Below, piece by piece: positions 24,674-36,900 of a DNA stretch of 64,000 nucleotides. The DNA is from Monocercomonoides exilis PA203 (lineage: Eukaryota; Protista; Preaxostyla): NCBI GenBank assembly GCA_001643675.2, contig LSRY02000024.1:744001-808000 (forward strand). Reading direction: 5' to 3'. The first letter of the stretch is position 1; each line of letters opens with the position of its first letter. The notes under the pieces were generated by a model. That model was not told the DNA's origin. It saw only the letters and a program-made list of their open reading frames with translations, and did no database searches. The translations under genes and the position numbers were made by a program.

Positions 24674-26096
24674 TCAAAAATCCTCAGAAAGATTTATGAC
24701 ACTGGAAAATATATAAGAACACCAGTGTTTTTCACTTAAATAAACAAAAGGTCCACATAGACTCGTGTTAATATCTTCATATCCTTCCTCTTCCAACTTT
24801 TCGATCATCTTCTGTCTTTTTGCTTTTCTTTTAGCATCATCAGTTTCATTATCCTCATTTCCTTCCAAAGAATCGTAAATATTCTGAACAAATCTGAAAA
24901 AACCATATGAGATTACGTCATCCATTGTTGATCGCTGAATTTCTTCCATAAAGTAATCAATTATCCCCTCCTTCAGCAAATCACTGACAATCGGCAAAAT
25001 CTTCTGGCGTCTCATCAAATACATCAAAATGAAATAACACTTTTTGACAATTTCATTGTGCGTATTTATTGCTGCTCTGCACAGGCTTGTCATGCAAGAA
25101 ATCAATTTGATACGCTCTTCATCATGAACTTCGAAATATACAAAGAAATAATGAATCATGTCTAGCCACCTTTCAGCAATCACAACATTTTTTTTCTCCA
25201 TTCTTTTCATTTCTTCGTCTTTTTCATTATTCTTCCAATCAATATATCCTGCCAGAACTTCCACTTCGCTTGCTACTTCTCTCACAAAATGCAGATCATT
25301 TAAATAAACTTCTTCCAAATTTGAATCATCCTCAAATCTGTTCATTAAAAACTTCCAAGCTGATTGGTACGCAAGTCGCGTGAGGTTGCAATGCTCTTGA
25401 TGATATTGAATGATTTCTTTGATCTCTCTCAAATACAGTTCAGTTTCGACAAACTGACAAAAAAGATGGTGGGAAAAACATTATCAAAAATGAAAAAGAA
25501 CTATTCATACGAGATATTTAACGTTGCTCAAAGCCAACAAAGCCATTTCCACTTCTTTTTGTGCTTCTTCGTTTTTCTCCTTGTTCAATGCAGCTTTCAA
25601 AAGATAGGACAAACAAACTGAAGGAATCTTTGAAGAAGATTTGTTGTTAAGCAAAAGACAGCACTCGCAGAGATCAATCATCAGTCTTTCATTTTTCCTT
25701 CCTTTCTTCTTTTCTTCATCTAAAATCATCTCTTGAATTCGTTTGTAAAGCGAAGAACTGTCAAAGCTTTTGCTCCGTATTTCGTCCATTATTTTGCAAT
25801 AACCGATGTGCTTCAGGAAGACAGTTGCATTCTTCTTTGATAATTTTTTATCTTCAATCATTTTGTGTATTTCATCGAACAATTCTTCAATGAAAACTGC
25901 ACTGAATTCTTCTTTGTTCATCTCTTTCATTATTTCATTCATTATCTCGATTTTAACTTCCTGCTCTTCTTCATTGCAATGCTCCAGCTCAGAAAACAAT
26001 TCTTCAAAAAATTTGAAAAGATCAATATCAGGAAGAATTCAAATGCAACAGTAATTGCACACCAGTGAACTTTTTTGTGTTTTCGGTCTCCTGCAT
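24674..26096 (-). CDS. Lineage-specific helical-repeat (ARM-like) family protein, copy 2
   Basis: ATG 26096 (MQETENTKKFT), intron, ORF 25505-25999, intron, ORF 24674-25432. Same exon structure as copy 1. Confidence 0.8.
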
Positions 26097-26464
26097 TTTT
26101 GACGCAAAGTGACAAGGAAAAAACACCATTTTTATCATTCACATGGAATTCGCAAAAGTTTGGAAAGCAGAAACAGATAAAAAATAAAACCTCAAAAAAG
26201 TCATAAAAATTATATGCATTCATACTGTGTCTTTTTGCACTTGCATTTTTGGAAAAGGATAATGAAGAAAAGCAAAGCTTTATCTTTTTCCGATTGCTAT
26301 AATGGATTTTTTGATCATATAATTCACACATATTTGTTGTATTTGAAGAAAAATGAGGTTGATGAGTGAACATTTTATACAGAGTTATAAATATTATTTC
26401 CTGTGTTGGCATGGAGGAAGAAAAAGTACAAAACAATGAATTATACTAAAAAATTAGATAAATT

Positions 26465-26703
26465 GTGTGATTATTTTTAAAATAAGAAATTTTTTCGGGG
26501 TGTTGATTTTTTGAAAGAAATTTTTTTGTTCAAAAGAATAGCACAATAATTAATTTAAATACACAAATGTTTTTATTAAATTAAAAATAAAAATGTTTTG
26601 TATTAGCTTTTTCACTCTTTAGTGTTTTTTTATAGTAATTCAAAAACGGTTTTTTGAACCTGAAATTTTGTTTGAAAAAATATGATTACAAAAATAATCA
26701 CCC
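26465..26703. mobile_element. MITE (239 bp) of the GGGTGATT-TIR family, TSD AATT
   Basis: AATT|GTGTGATTATTTTT...AAAAATAATCACCC|AATT. Its reverse complement aligns end to end with 27794-28048. Confidence 0.8.
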
Positions 26704-27333
26704 AATTGGAAAACAAACGAAATGCAACAATTTTGTTATTGAATGAAAGTGCCTGAATGTTTGTGTTTTGTTTGTCTTGTTTGTCTAGATTATATTTCCA
26801 TTCGCAACCTTTTCAAAGCACAGGAATCCGACAAATTCAAAAAACGCAGTTTTTTTTTGATCCAGTGCATTTATTGCGTGCAGAAAATGCAAGTATCTGT
26901 GCTGGAAGAAAAAACTGAATGAATATTTGATTTGGTTGTTTTTTGTATTTCACGCTCAGCAATTGGATGAGTTGGATCGAAGTGAACAGGAAAAGAAAAT
27001 TTCATTTTTCAAAAAACAAAAATCGAAGCATTTGAAGGAGAAAATACAACAACAAAAAAAAAATTGCTGACAAATTCGCTGCATAGGGAATAAATGAGTA
27101 ATAATTTTGAATAAATATTTTTATGAGGAAAATGACTATTGTCAATGGAAATAAAATTAAGGAAATGGATTAAATATCGATATGAATTATCTTATTTTTT
27201 TCGAATTATTCACGTTGATTTTTGTCTTCAAACTGATGAAGAGAAATGAGGTTAAATGTGTTTTAAGAATTAGAAATCCCTTTTGTAACCGATAAGAAAG
27301 AGTTGAAAAATGTTACTAAAAGAAAAAAATAGT

Positions 27334-28610
27334 GTCAACTTATTAATGGGACTTTTTCCCTTGTTGGCACTTTTTTGTTTTTGACTGCCAACTTTCAACA
27401 AACGTTGATTGGCCTTTTTTTCACTTTTATACAATGTTTTAACAATTTTTAAACAATTCATTACTAGTTTGTTTTATAACTTAAGTTTGTTTCTCATCGA
27501 GTTACAGCGTTTTTTTCTTATATTTTCAAAAGTCACTTTTCTCAGCGAACCAAGCTTTACCAAAAAATGTGAAATACAGTTTCATAAATTGTCAATATTT
27601 ATCTATTTGTATTTCAGATTTCAATTTCTACATTTATTTGTTTAGATACTTTTTTCTCATTTCATTTTTTCACAAACATGCAAGCATTAATCTGAAATTT
27701 TCTTTGTTTAAAAAAAATGAAGTGTTAAAAATAAAAATATGCAACGTAAAATAAACATTTTCATAATCGTTCCAATAAAAATTGGAACAATATGGGTGAT
27801 TATTTTTGAAATCCTATTTTTTCACTCAAAAATTTCGGTTTTAAAATTACCCTTAAATATAAAATAATGATCATTGAAAAGTGAAAAGACTGATAAAAGA
27901 CATCTTCATCTTTATTTCAGGATTTTCATTTGTTTTTTAAGCAGTTGTGATGAGTTTTACGTTGAAATACAGAATCTCTCACCAACAACAAACAAACTTT
28001 AATAAAATATCATCCCGAAAAAAAATATTATTTCAAAAATAATGACCCATATCATTCTCTCTTTGTCTCAAACTTGTTTCCTTTATAGAAAGTTGATAAG
28101 ATGTCATTCAATTTTGGTGTTATTTGTTTGTTCTTGATAAAGGAATAGTAACAATGTTCCAATTTTTATTGGAACGATTATGAAAATGTTTATTTTACGT
28201 TGCATATTTTTATTTTTAACACTTCATTTTTTTTAAACAAAGAATATTTCAGATTAATGCTTGCATGTTTGTGAAAAAATGAAATGAGAAAAAAGTATCT
28301 AAACAAATAAATGTAGAAATTGAAATCTGAAATACAAATAGATAAATATTGACAATTTATGAAACTGTATTTCACATTTTTTGGTAAAGCTTGGTTCGCT
28401 GAGAAAAGTGACTTTTGAAAATATAAGAAAAAAACGCTGTAACTCGATGAGAAACAAACTTAAGTTATAAAACAAACTAGTAATGAATTGTTTAAAAATT
28501 GTTAAAACATTGTATAAAAGTGAAAAAAAGGCCAATCAACGTTTGTTGAAAGTTGGCAGTCAAAAACAAAAAAGTGCCAACAAGGGAAAAAGTCCCATTA
28601 AAAAGTTGAC
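27334..28610. mobile_element. Fold-back-like element / long inverted repeat 1: arms 27334-27789 and 28155-28610 (456 bp), with a nested MITE
   Basis: The arms are reverse complements with about 2 mismatches (mirror ORFs 27409-27645+ and 28299-28535-). No TSD was found. Confidence 0.75.
27794..28048. mobile_element. MITE (255 bp) of the GGGTGATT-TIR family, TSD ATAT, nested in the spacer of inverted repeat 1
   Basis: ATAT|GGGTGATTATTTTTGAAAT...ATTTCAAAAATAATGACCC|ATAT. Confidence 0.85.
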
Positions 28611-29300
28611 CCTTGTCATGGAAAGGCTAGAGAAATATCAAAAGCTTTTTGATTGAAGAATCAAATAATATTTATTGGGAAGGATTTGCTGTTGAATGAT
28701 AATATTGGGAAAAAATGTTTCGAAACAATGAGATTTTGATGAAATTTATGTAAACAAATATTGATGAGACGTTCAAGCAAAAGATTTTCAACGAAAAGAT
28801 GGAATGAAGGAAAAGCGTGATAAAAGAACAATGATACAAGAAAGAAAGAAAGAAGAGAAGAGAAGAGAAGAGAAGAGAGGAGAGGAGAGGAGAAGAGAAG
28901 AGAAGAGAATAAAACACTTTCGGTTGGAAGACAAAATATCAATAAATACAATAGTCAAAATCGGATATAATCACATCAGCTTTTGTAAAACTTATTTAAA
29001 CTTTGTCCGATTATGGTGAAACGATATTTCGCTTTGCACAGAAAATAATAACAGTTAATAAATATGTGTGATTCTTTTTGAAATCATAACTTCTATTTGT
29101 GTTTTGATATTTCAAGGGATGTTTGTCATTGAAAAATGATTTTGGATTCAAAAGTGAAATACATTTCAACTGTTTCAAAAACAAATGTTTGAGCTGAAAT
29201 AAAGATAAAGATATCTTTGATTAGTATTTTCTCTTTTCAGTGTTCATGTTGTTGATAAAAAGGGAAATTATAGATCCGAAAATTCTGATAGAAAGAATAT

Positions 29301-29304
<4 letters not shown>

Positions 29305-29358
<54 letters not shown>
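29305..29358. repeat. Intergenic poly-A tract (~54 nt)
   Basis: Directly visible. Confidence 0.9.
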
Positions 29359-29361
<3 letters not shown>

Positions 29362-30385
29362 ACACACATGCATTAATCCATTTTCGTCAATTTTCTTTAT
29401 TTTTGAAAATTCTTCACAAAGACGCATTTTCACTTACGAAAACTATTTTTATCCAAATACACAATATTAAGACTTTTTTATACATATGTGACAAAATATT
29501 TGACTTCATGCATTTTCATTAAAAAAATTTTGCACTTTTTTATTGACTATTTGTGATTAAAAAATTGGAAACAAATGGGCTTATTTTATGAAATTCGTTT
29601 ATTGTCACAAAACATTATGTTATGATTTCAACGATACCTGTTTTCAAATATGATAATCAAATTTATTTTGAAATCTGAGGAAGTGAAATAAAGTTATGAG
29701 CGAATCAACTTTTCAATACATTGTGCAAAAAAAGCTTGAAAGTCCGTATTTTCCTCCATATTTTTGAAAAATCATAAAATCGAAAATTTTGGTCAGAAAT
29801 TCGATTTTTCATTGAAAAAACCACAAATTGGCATTTAATTAGAAAATATTTAGATTTTTCGATGTGTTGAATGGGATGGATAATGAATTAAAAACAAGAA
29901 AAAAATGATCTTGCTCACAAAATAGTGATTGAAAATGAATGTGGTTGTATCAAATGTGATCATATCTGGTTTTTACTGTATTTTTTTCACTTTCAGAAAC
30001 AAAAAATGTTTTTTCTTTTCTTTTTTTTCGAGAAGATGGAAACAAAAACTGCAAGCCGAGTAGAAATATTCAAGAATTCATCGATAAATAGAAAAATATA
30101 TATATATATATTTTTTTTTTACAAAAAATTTGATTAAATTGCAACAATTAAATATTTTGTCAATTGTTGTTTTTAGATAATTTCAATTTTTTGATTCCAT
30201 CCTGAATAAAAAGAAAGTTTATCAAAAAATGAAATGTGTGAAATAAATTATCAAAATTAAAATTATGAACAATGTGAAAAAGTCATATTCACAAAAAAAA
30301 TAAAACGATTGCTACCCATATCAAAATTTATTTTTCTGAAATTCGGATTATTTAATTGTTTAATAAAAAAATATAATATTTTTCG

Positions 30386-33337
30386 ATGGGAAATACAGGA
30401 TCCGATACTCTTTATGTACTGTGTGAAATATTATTTTATTGTAACTTAATATATATTTTAATTTTCGTTTATCAAACCCGATTTAGGAAACCTGAACTTC
30501 AAGGTAGTGAAGATAATGCTGATGGATACAGTGCATATGATTTTAATGTGGCTATTGAAGAAAAACAGGCGGAATTATTATTCAAAGAAAGATCACATGC
30601 CATCCATGAATTTGCTGCTGATCTTTCCCCAGTCATATCCAAGGAAGCTACAAACTCAAATCGCATTATTTCTCCAGCTGTTTTGCACCGCAATTTATTG
30701 AACATTGCAATTGGTTCAAAGGGTGACACCGAAAAGGGATTTTCCAAAGTTTTGCATTTGAGCGACCAACTTAGAGATAGATCTGTATGCTTTCATTTTG
30801 ATTAAAAAGTTATCTTTCTGCTTCCATTTTAATTTAGCTTTACAGGCTGCAGTGCGACTACATGAATGCTCTTTCAAAAGCTAATTGGAAGCATCCATAT
30901 CAAGCAGTGTCATCAGTTTGGCTGAAGAAAAAGACTCAACCATACAAGACTTTTCTTGAAGATTCAAAGAAGCTGTTTAATGCAGATGTACGTGATGTTA
31001 ACTTCGATTCAGCAAGGTACCATAGTTTTTCTAACGAGTCTATTTTAATTTATTTTTATTTTTACTCCTTAAAAGAGGTCATTCACATATGGCAACATGG
31101 CTTATTAGATATGGAGGCTTTCTTTTAGCTGAAACAACACCAGAACCAGAAAAGGGGACCACAGTATCTGGACTGAGTACAATAAAGCTGAATTTAGCAT
31201 GGCACACACAGTTCAGAATTTCTAATACCAAAAAAGGATCATTTAAGACTGCCAGAACAGAAGACCTTCCTCCAAGCGAAAAAAGTGCACAGATGATGAC
31301 AGGGACAATGTCAAATATTGGCATTTTGAAAAACGAGCAATTTGAAGCAGCTGTTATTCCCATGGATGACATAGATGCGTCGAATGAGCTTTCAGGAAAG
31401 TCAAGAAAAGTGAAAGCTGTGCTGATTATTCCCAATGACGATAAGGAATCATCTCTTCGCGATTTGTTCTCCAAATGCCTGAAAGTTTGTGAGAAAGAAC
31501 AATCCTCTTCGTCTGCCACTCCGTCGTCAGAGTCAAGCGAATCATCGAGCGCACCTGCAGCTGCTGAAGAAACACTTCTTCACAGAATCATTGTGACTGC
31601 AGAAGTGAAAGACGAGTTTGATTTTAACATTTTTTGTTAAATATTTTCTTCAACTTTGAATTATTTCCTTGAATTATATTAATTTTCTTTATTAATCTCT
31701 TATTTCGATAAATTTTTAATGAAACAATACAAATGATAAATTTATATTTCATTTATGCAACAAAATTGTGTCTTTCTTATTCTATCTGAAATTTCAGTGT
31801 GAATGTGACGATGCCTCGCTTTGGAGCTTATTCTGCCACTTCTGTTCTTTCAGAGCTTGTGGAAAAGGAATCAAAGATTACTGGTTCTCTGCCTTTCATT
31901 GCAAAAGAAGAGGAATTGAAAATTGGGTGTGTTTTACGAAAATGAACAATGCTTATTTCTGTTATTGTTCTTGTTCTTGTTTTCTTTTGAATAGTTTCTT
32001 TTATATCTTGTGAAGTTTCATTGCTTAAATTGAAAAATTTGAATAAAAAAAATGAAAAATATTGTTAATATTTAAGTGAGAATTTTTGTTTCAATGATTT
32101 GCTGTTTCTAATGAGTCTTGTTTTTTTTAAATTTTAATTTCAATTTATTTATTTATTTATCTTTATTTATTTATTTATTTATTTTTTTTGAAACATCAGA
32201 GCCCTCCAGCAGCATGTGTATCTTCATGTGGATGAAGTTGGATTGCAGACTCCTCCATTGGTTCAGAACTCACACGATGCTCCATTATCAAAGGATAATG
32301 CGGAAATCCCCACGTTCGTTGTTGACCGCCCGTTCATTATGTTTGTGGTGTCTGAAGCAGTCGGAGAAGTCGAAGGAGAAGAAGAAACAGCAGAAAGCCA
32401 GAAGGACAGAGCAGCATCTGGAGATATTCTTTTGATGGGCATTATCAGAGAAGCAGAGGACAGTGGAGACAAAGAAAGAGAAGCAGCTGTGAAGAACAGA
32501 GACATGGAGACGAAGCTGCAGGAGGCGAAGAGGAAAGACGCTGAGAAGAAGAGCGAGTCGAAGATGCTTTCGATTTCAGGGATTGCATCGTCTATTGCAG
32601 GCGGTGCTGCTACACTGGCAAGCAAAGCTGGCTTGCGTACTGAAGCTTCTGCTTTGAACAAAGCGAAGAGCGAATCAGAGAAAGTTAAGAGAGAAGAGGA
32701 GCAGAAGGCAAGAGACGAGGCAAGACAGAAGGAGGAGATTGAGAGACAGGCTAAGAGAGAAAAAGAACAGCAAGAAAGAGAGCAAAAAGCACAGATTGAG
32801 AGAGAATTGAGAGAAGAGAAAGAGAAAGAGGCAGAAGAGAAGAAGAAGCAAGCAGCGTTGGAAGCAGAGAAAAAGAAAGAGGAGGAGAAGAAGAGGATTG
32901 AAGACGAAAAGAAGGAGAAAGAAGAGGCTGAGAAAAAAGCCAAAGAAGAAGAGGAAGAGAGAAAGAGAAAAGAAGAAGAGGAAAAGAAAGCTAAAGAAGA
33001 AGAGGAACGAAAAGCTAAGGAAGAAGAAGAAGAAAGAAAGAGAAAAGAAGAGGAAGAAGCAAAAGCAAAAGAGGAAGAAGAGAAGAAAGCGAAAGAAGAG
33101 GAAGAGAAGAAGAAGAGAGAAGAGGAAGAAGCAAAAGCTAAAGAAGAGGAAGAAAAGAAGGCAAAGGAGGAAGAAGAGAAGAAAGCAAAAGAAGAAGCTG
33201 AAAAGAAAGCAAAAGAGGAAGAAGAGAAAAAGCAAAAAGAAGAAGAGGAGAAGAAAGAGGAAGAGAAGAAAGAGGAAGAGAAGAAGGAGGAAGAGAAGAA
33301 GGAAGAAGAGAAAAAGGAAGAAGCCAAATCTGAGTAG
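30386..33337 (+). CDS. Serpin-fold protein (probably non-inhibitory) with an N-myristoylation motif and a long E/K-rich helical C-terminal tail
   Basis: About 6 exons. Serpin motifs HEFAADL..NRIISPAVLHRNLLNIAIGSKGDTEKGFSKVL, FLEDSKKLFNADVRDVNF, LAWHTQFRISNTKKGSF, MPRF, HVYLHVDEVG, FVVDRPFIMFV and ILLMG; followed by (EEEEKKAK)n to TAG 33337. Confidence 0.82.
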
Positions 33338-33737
33338 ATTTATTGCAGCAAGCAATAAAAGATAACCTGAGAAGAGAAGAAAAATTTTTTATGTAGACAC
33401 TCTTTTTTATAAAGGAAGGAGAATGCAAGGAACTGAGGTATTTGTTTTAAGTTGTATATACATGTGATAACATATTTTCCTAATTTGTGAAGTTTTATGA
33501 ATCCTTTGAAATTTCTTTCGTAAATGAGAAAAAAAAAAAATTAAAAAAGAAAGAAAAGAAAAGAAAAGAAAGATTTATTAGGAGTTTTTGTTTGAACCGT
33601 AAATTTTTTGATTGAAGATGAACAATTTCTTAATTTGATTATAACACCTTCTTAGTTGTTCAGAAATTTTGATTAATAAAATGAATGTCTTCAGTTTTCC
33701 TAATCTGCATTTATATGAAAATTTATAATTTGTTCTG

Positions 33738-33750
33738 TCTCTTTCTTTCT

Positions 33751-33842
<92 letters not shown>

Positions 33843-33870
33843 CTCTCTCTCTCTTACTCTCTTACTCTCC
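33738..33870. repeat. (CT)n/(CTTT)n microsatellite between the convergent serpin and RPC1 genes
   Basis: Directly visible. Confidence 0.9.
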
Positions 33871-34321
33871 TAATTTTTATTTCATTTTTTAAAAATAAAG
33901 AATTTTTTATATGATTTTATTTTGCAGTTTTATCATATCAATATCTAAGTATTTGTCAGCTGCCATCCTCTTTAAATATTCTTATTCAATGCAATTGATT
34001 AAATATTTATGAAGCATTCAACGTCTTAATGATATATTAATTTACACTTTCTTCATTTTCCTGATTTTTTTTAATATCTTTTAAAACATTTGAATAATGT
34101 TAAGTAAAAACATTGCTTGAAAATTGCAGAAGCAATTTTGAAATTGTGCGCTTTTATTTCTATTTTTTTAAATAACAAATTTATCAAAATGCAAAGAAAA
34201 ACAAATCGATAATGAAAAAGAAAAGAAAAAAAAAGATTTAAAATCACAATGAAATGTTTAAAAATTACATTACAAAAAGATTGAAACAAGTGATGAAGTG
34301 GATGAGAAAACCAACTGCCAA

Positions 34322-36866
34322 TCAAGCCAGAATCAGTTTCTTTGTCTTAAACATGCTTTCCAGCTTCAACTCTTCATCGCGCTTTTCTTGTTCTGTCTTC
34401 ACATCTTCACCGCTCGTCTCTTTGACTTCTTCTTTCTTCTGCTTTGAATCCTTCTTGTTTGCATTCTTCTTGTCTTTCTTCCCTTTCTTCCCTTTCTCTT
34501 TCCCTTTCTCTTTCTCCTTCTCCTTTTCCTTTTCCTTCTCTTTCTCCTTCTCCTCCCTCACAATTTCATTCTCCTTCACCACTTCCTCATTTCCTGTCGC
34601 CTTCTCATTGATAATCAGCCCAAACGACCCCGTTCCCAGCGGCACCGTCTTCCCCAGTATAATCGACTCACTCACTCCGCAGATCTCATCCACGCCTCCT
34701 CTCACAGCCGCATCAAACAGATGATCTAGCGTCCGCTCAAACGAAGCAAGCATCAGCACTGAATCTTTCATTTTCCCTATTCCAAATCGTGTAATACCCA
34801 GCACTTCCCCTGTGGATGTCATCACATCGCTCAGCAATGCTGTGTGGTGGCCGTCGATTGACATGCCATGCGACTTCATTGTGTACTCAATCTCGTTGAT
34901 GATGGTCGAACGAGCTGCTTCGATACCAAGGGTAGATGCAACCTGATTAATTTGTTTGAATTCAGATAATTAATCAACGATGAAAAAAAGTTTGCAATTC
35001 AAGGAATAATTGAAGTTAAGAAAATAAAATAAAATAGAAATTTCCAATCAATTAACATGTTCGTTTAAATAGTGAGTTTATAATAAATATTGAATATATA
35101 CCTCAATAATATGATTGCACGTTGTTCTTGTTCCATCAATTCCAGGTGTAGCCATAACTCCTCTCAGATTCGTTCCTTCAGACAGAAGTTGAAATTCTTT
35201 CTCTTTCGAAGCAGAAGAAGACGATGCGTCGTTGTCTTCTTTCACACTGATGACTGTCCGAGAAATGCCAGGCAGACCCTAAAAAGATTCGAAGAAAAAA
35301 AATTAAAAAGATAAAAAAAAGAAAAAAAATGAGAAAGTGATAAAAAAAATATCATAATTTATGAAATTATATTTTTTGCAACAGTTGAAAAGAAAAATAT
35401 CTTTATTTCACATATTAATTACTCACAAAATAATATCTTCATTCAAAATCACAAAATAATTCAAAAATCTAAATACACATACACAAATCACCACTTTCGG
35501 CAGCTGGTTCATCAAGTTCTGCACCACATAGTTCAATGGTAGTTTTTCACTAGCTGGAGGCAGTACCCTCAGCTTTCCCGGTTTCCTCGTGCTTTCCACA
35601 TTCTCTGGCTTCAGCTTCAGCCTCAGCTTCGGAGAATTCAGAATCGATTCTCTCACACTCTCGTCAGTCACCTCCAGCTGCAGTGCAGATAACGTGTCTG
35701 CATCCAACGTGATTGAGATATGCGCACCAGACTGCTTATACACAGCCTTTATCGACTTGCACACCTCCCCCAGCTGCGTCGTCTCTATCCGCCCTTTCAC
35801 AATACGTGCTCCCTTCTCCGACTTCGATTGCACCAGCTCTGCTGTGATGATGGGCGTGTTGATGCTCTTCGTCGCATTGATAATCTCCTTCAGCCGGGGC
35901 ACACCAAGTGTGATGTTCATCGACGCCACACCCGCAAAATGGAAGGTCTTCAGCGTCATTTGCGTGCCTGGCTCTCCAATCGACTGCCCTCCAATCGCCC
36001 CGACGGCTGTGCCGGCTTCGATGAATGAGTGGATGAAAGCAGAGCGGCAGGCAAACAGAAACGTCAGCAGCTGTCTGGCAGAGGCAGCGTTGCACACACT
36101 CCACACCCACATTGGAGGCAGATGGAGACGAGAATACGGATGGAGTGGGGAGGAAGAGGTGGAGGCATCAATAATGGAATTAGGTGAAATGGTGGAAGAA
36201 GAAGAAGAAGAAGATGATGATGAAGCTGATGATGATGATGACAGATCTGAAGTGGAAAAGGTATTTGAGTGCTGAATAATTGAGGATGAAGCCGAGTCTG
36301 AGACAGAAGATGCCTCAGAAGGATGAACCGGCACAATTTCTGCTTCTTTCTTCTCTCCTTTCACATTCCTTCCTTTTCTCTTCGATACAATTTTTTTGTC
36401 TTGCTTCTCGTCTTTCTCTTCAATGGCATCCATCATCATCCTCCCTCTCTCGTCTTCTGCTTTGATGTCCTTGTCAATCAGCATCTGAACGTGGCTGGCT
36501 TCTCTTTCTCCGCACTGCACAAGAATTTTCTCAATCGCAGACGCTGCTTTCTCCACATATGCCCTCACCGACTTCACAAACTGTATCTCGTTCTTCTTCT
36601 TCTTCTTCCCTTCGCTTTCTTCGTCCTCAATGTTTGCCCCTGGTTTTCCGTCATCTCCTTGTGCAGCCCTCGCTTCTCTTCTCTTTCTCGCTTCCTCTTT
36701 TACTTTCTCTTCGGCTTCTGCATCTGCTTCGATGACAGTGTATTTTGGCAGATAGCTGCGGAGCGTCTGGAAAAGAGGGGAAGACAGCGCTTCTTCAGTC
36801 AGCATTCGCATTTCAGTGGGGAAAAGAAACGGGATTGTATCAACAGAAGTATTAGAAGAGGTAGTT

Positions 36867-36900
<34 letters not shown>

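Noticed and set aside
27409-28535. Identical 78-aa ORFs on opposite strands
   Set aside because: By-product of the inverted repeat; AT-rich, non-ATG starts and no coding signature.
29305-29358. Poly-A as a retroposon tail
   Set aside because: No TSD or recognisable upstream element; similar homopolymers occur in introns here (888-935, 14978-15014).
32860-33320. CRISPR-like or satellite array
   Set aside because: These are degenerate coding repeats (EEEEKKAK) with no repeat-spacer structure; the context is eukaryotic.
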